Part shown: piece after piece, positions 15,024 to 15,604 of the stretch
Position numbering within the stretch: position 1 is the stretch's first letter
Layout of the letters: each line of letters opens with the position of its first letter
NCBI GenBank assembly: GCA_046758965.1
Contig: JBHIBG010000063.1
Span: 1-15,604 of the forward strand
Direction: 5' to 3'
DNA from: Candidatus Methylomirabilia bacterium
GTDB taxonomy: Bacteria; Methylomirabilota; Methylomirabilia; Rokubacteriales; CSP1-6
Length of the DNA stretch: 15,604 nt
Translations under genes and position numbers: made by a program
The notes under the pieces: model-generated
What the model was told of the DNA's origin: nothing
Database searches by the model: none
Seen by the model: the letters and a program-made list of their open reading frames with translations, nothing else

Positions 15024-15604
15024 TTGATGGTGACCGTAAAGCTCATGACCAGCGGCTGACCGGCCAGAGCGCGGAACTTGGCGGGAATGGGCTTGAAGGG
15101 CGAGGCACGCTTCATCGCTGCCAGGGCGCTCACATTCAGCGTGCCGCTCGTCGAGCTGACCACACGAACCTCTTGAAGGGACCCGTCCAGGCGGAGTGAG
15201 AACCCGAGCTTTACCGTTTCGGTACTGCCTTCGAGGCCCTCGGGGAACTTCCACGCCGCGCGGACACGCTTCTCGATGATCCGGAAGTAGTCGCTAAAAT
15301 CAGGATCGCGCGTATCGACAAGGCCGGCGCCCGGTCCGATGGCTGCGCCTCCCCCGGAACCCACGCCCCAGCCGGCTCCGGTTCCTCTTCCCCCTCCACT
15401 CCCCACACCGCCCCTTCCCGCACCATCGTGAACCAGCTCCCCCGGGACAGCCACGGTGGCCACTGGCCCACCCCTGCCTCCGCCCGAGAGCTCACGGGCC
15501 AGCGCGACGACCTGGGGCGCCTCACCCCCTCCGCGTGTCTCCCCAACCGCAACCTCCGAGGACGGCCCGGCCACAGGTGCCGGCCCCGCGCCGCCTGACC
15601 CTCT
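15020..15604 (-). CDS. TonB/TolA-family C-terminal domain protein with a Gly-rich linker; 5' end lies outside the window
   Basis: The frame is open to base 15604. A Gly/Pro-rich linker is followed by DPDFSDYFRIIEKRVRAAWKFP...FSLRLDGSLQEVRVVSSTSG...ALAAMKRASPFKPIP, typical of TonB_C/TolA CTDs. Confidence 0.85.
   Translation of the reverse strand, partial: RGSGGAGPAPVAGPSSEVAVGETRGGGEAPQVVALARELSGGGRGGPVATVAVPGELVHDGAGRGGVGSGGGRGTGAGWGVGSGGGAAIGPGAGLVDTRDPDFSDYFRIIEKRVRAAWKFPEGLEGSTETVKLGFSLRLDGSLQEVRVVSSTSGTLNVSALAAMKRASPFKPIPAKFRALAGQPLVMSFTVTIK

Noticed and set aside
15024..15254. N-terminal extension of the repeat-protein ORF overlapping the TonB-like gene
   Set aside because: Out-of-frame read of the TonB CTD. 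The GTG at 15023 gives a stop/start overlap and a signal-like N-terminus.

Overview
A GC-rich bacterial window (about 65-68% GC by spot counts), mostly a fatty-acid/acyl-CoA catabolism locus. The minus strand carries a TetR repressor with its own promoter and operator, enoyl-CoA hydratase, an NAD-type SDR and a stand-alone SCP2 protein. A second minus-strand block holds two family III CoA-transferases, a thiolase and two acyl-CoA ligases. Between the blocks is a divergent LysR / isocitrate lyase pair; the lyase has haloarchaeal (Haloferax-type) AceA motifs rather than those of E. coli-type AceA. The two CoA-transferases are translationally coupled and only one keeps the catalytic Asp, which suggests an active/inactive heteromer. 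The right end has an internally deleted, frameshifted LLM oxidoreductase pseudogene and a TonB/TolA C-terminal-domain gene coupled to a secreted protein with 14 repeats of about 24 aa. The left end has a low-GC PD-(D/E)xK-like ORF missed by the ORF track, preceded by a degenerate attC-like hairpin (possible integron cassette relic). There are two REP/MITE-like palindromic intergenic elements. I saw no rRNA, tRNA, CRISPR array or transposase. Family assignments come from motif recognition; no database searches were run.
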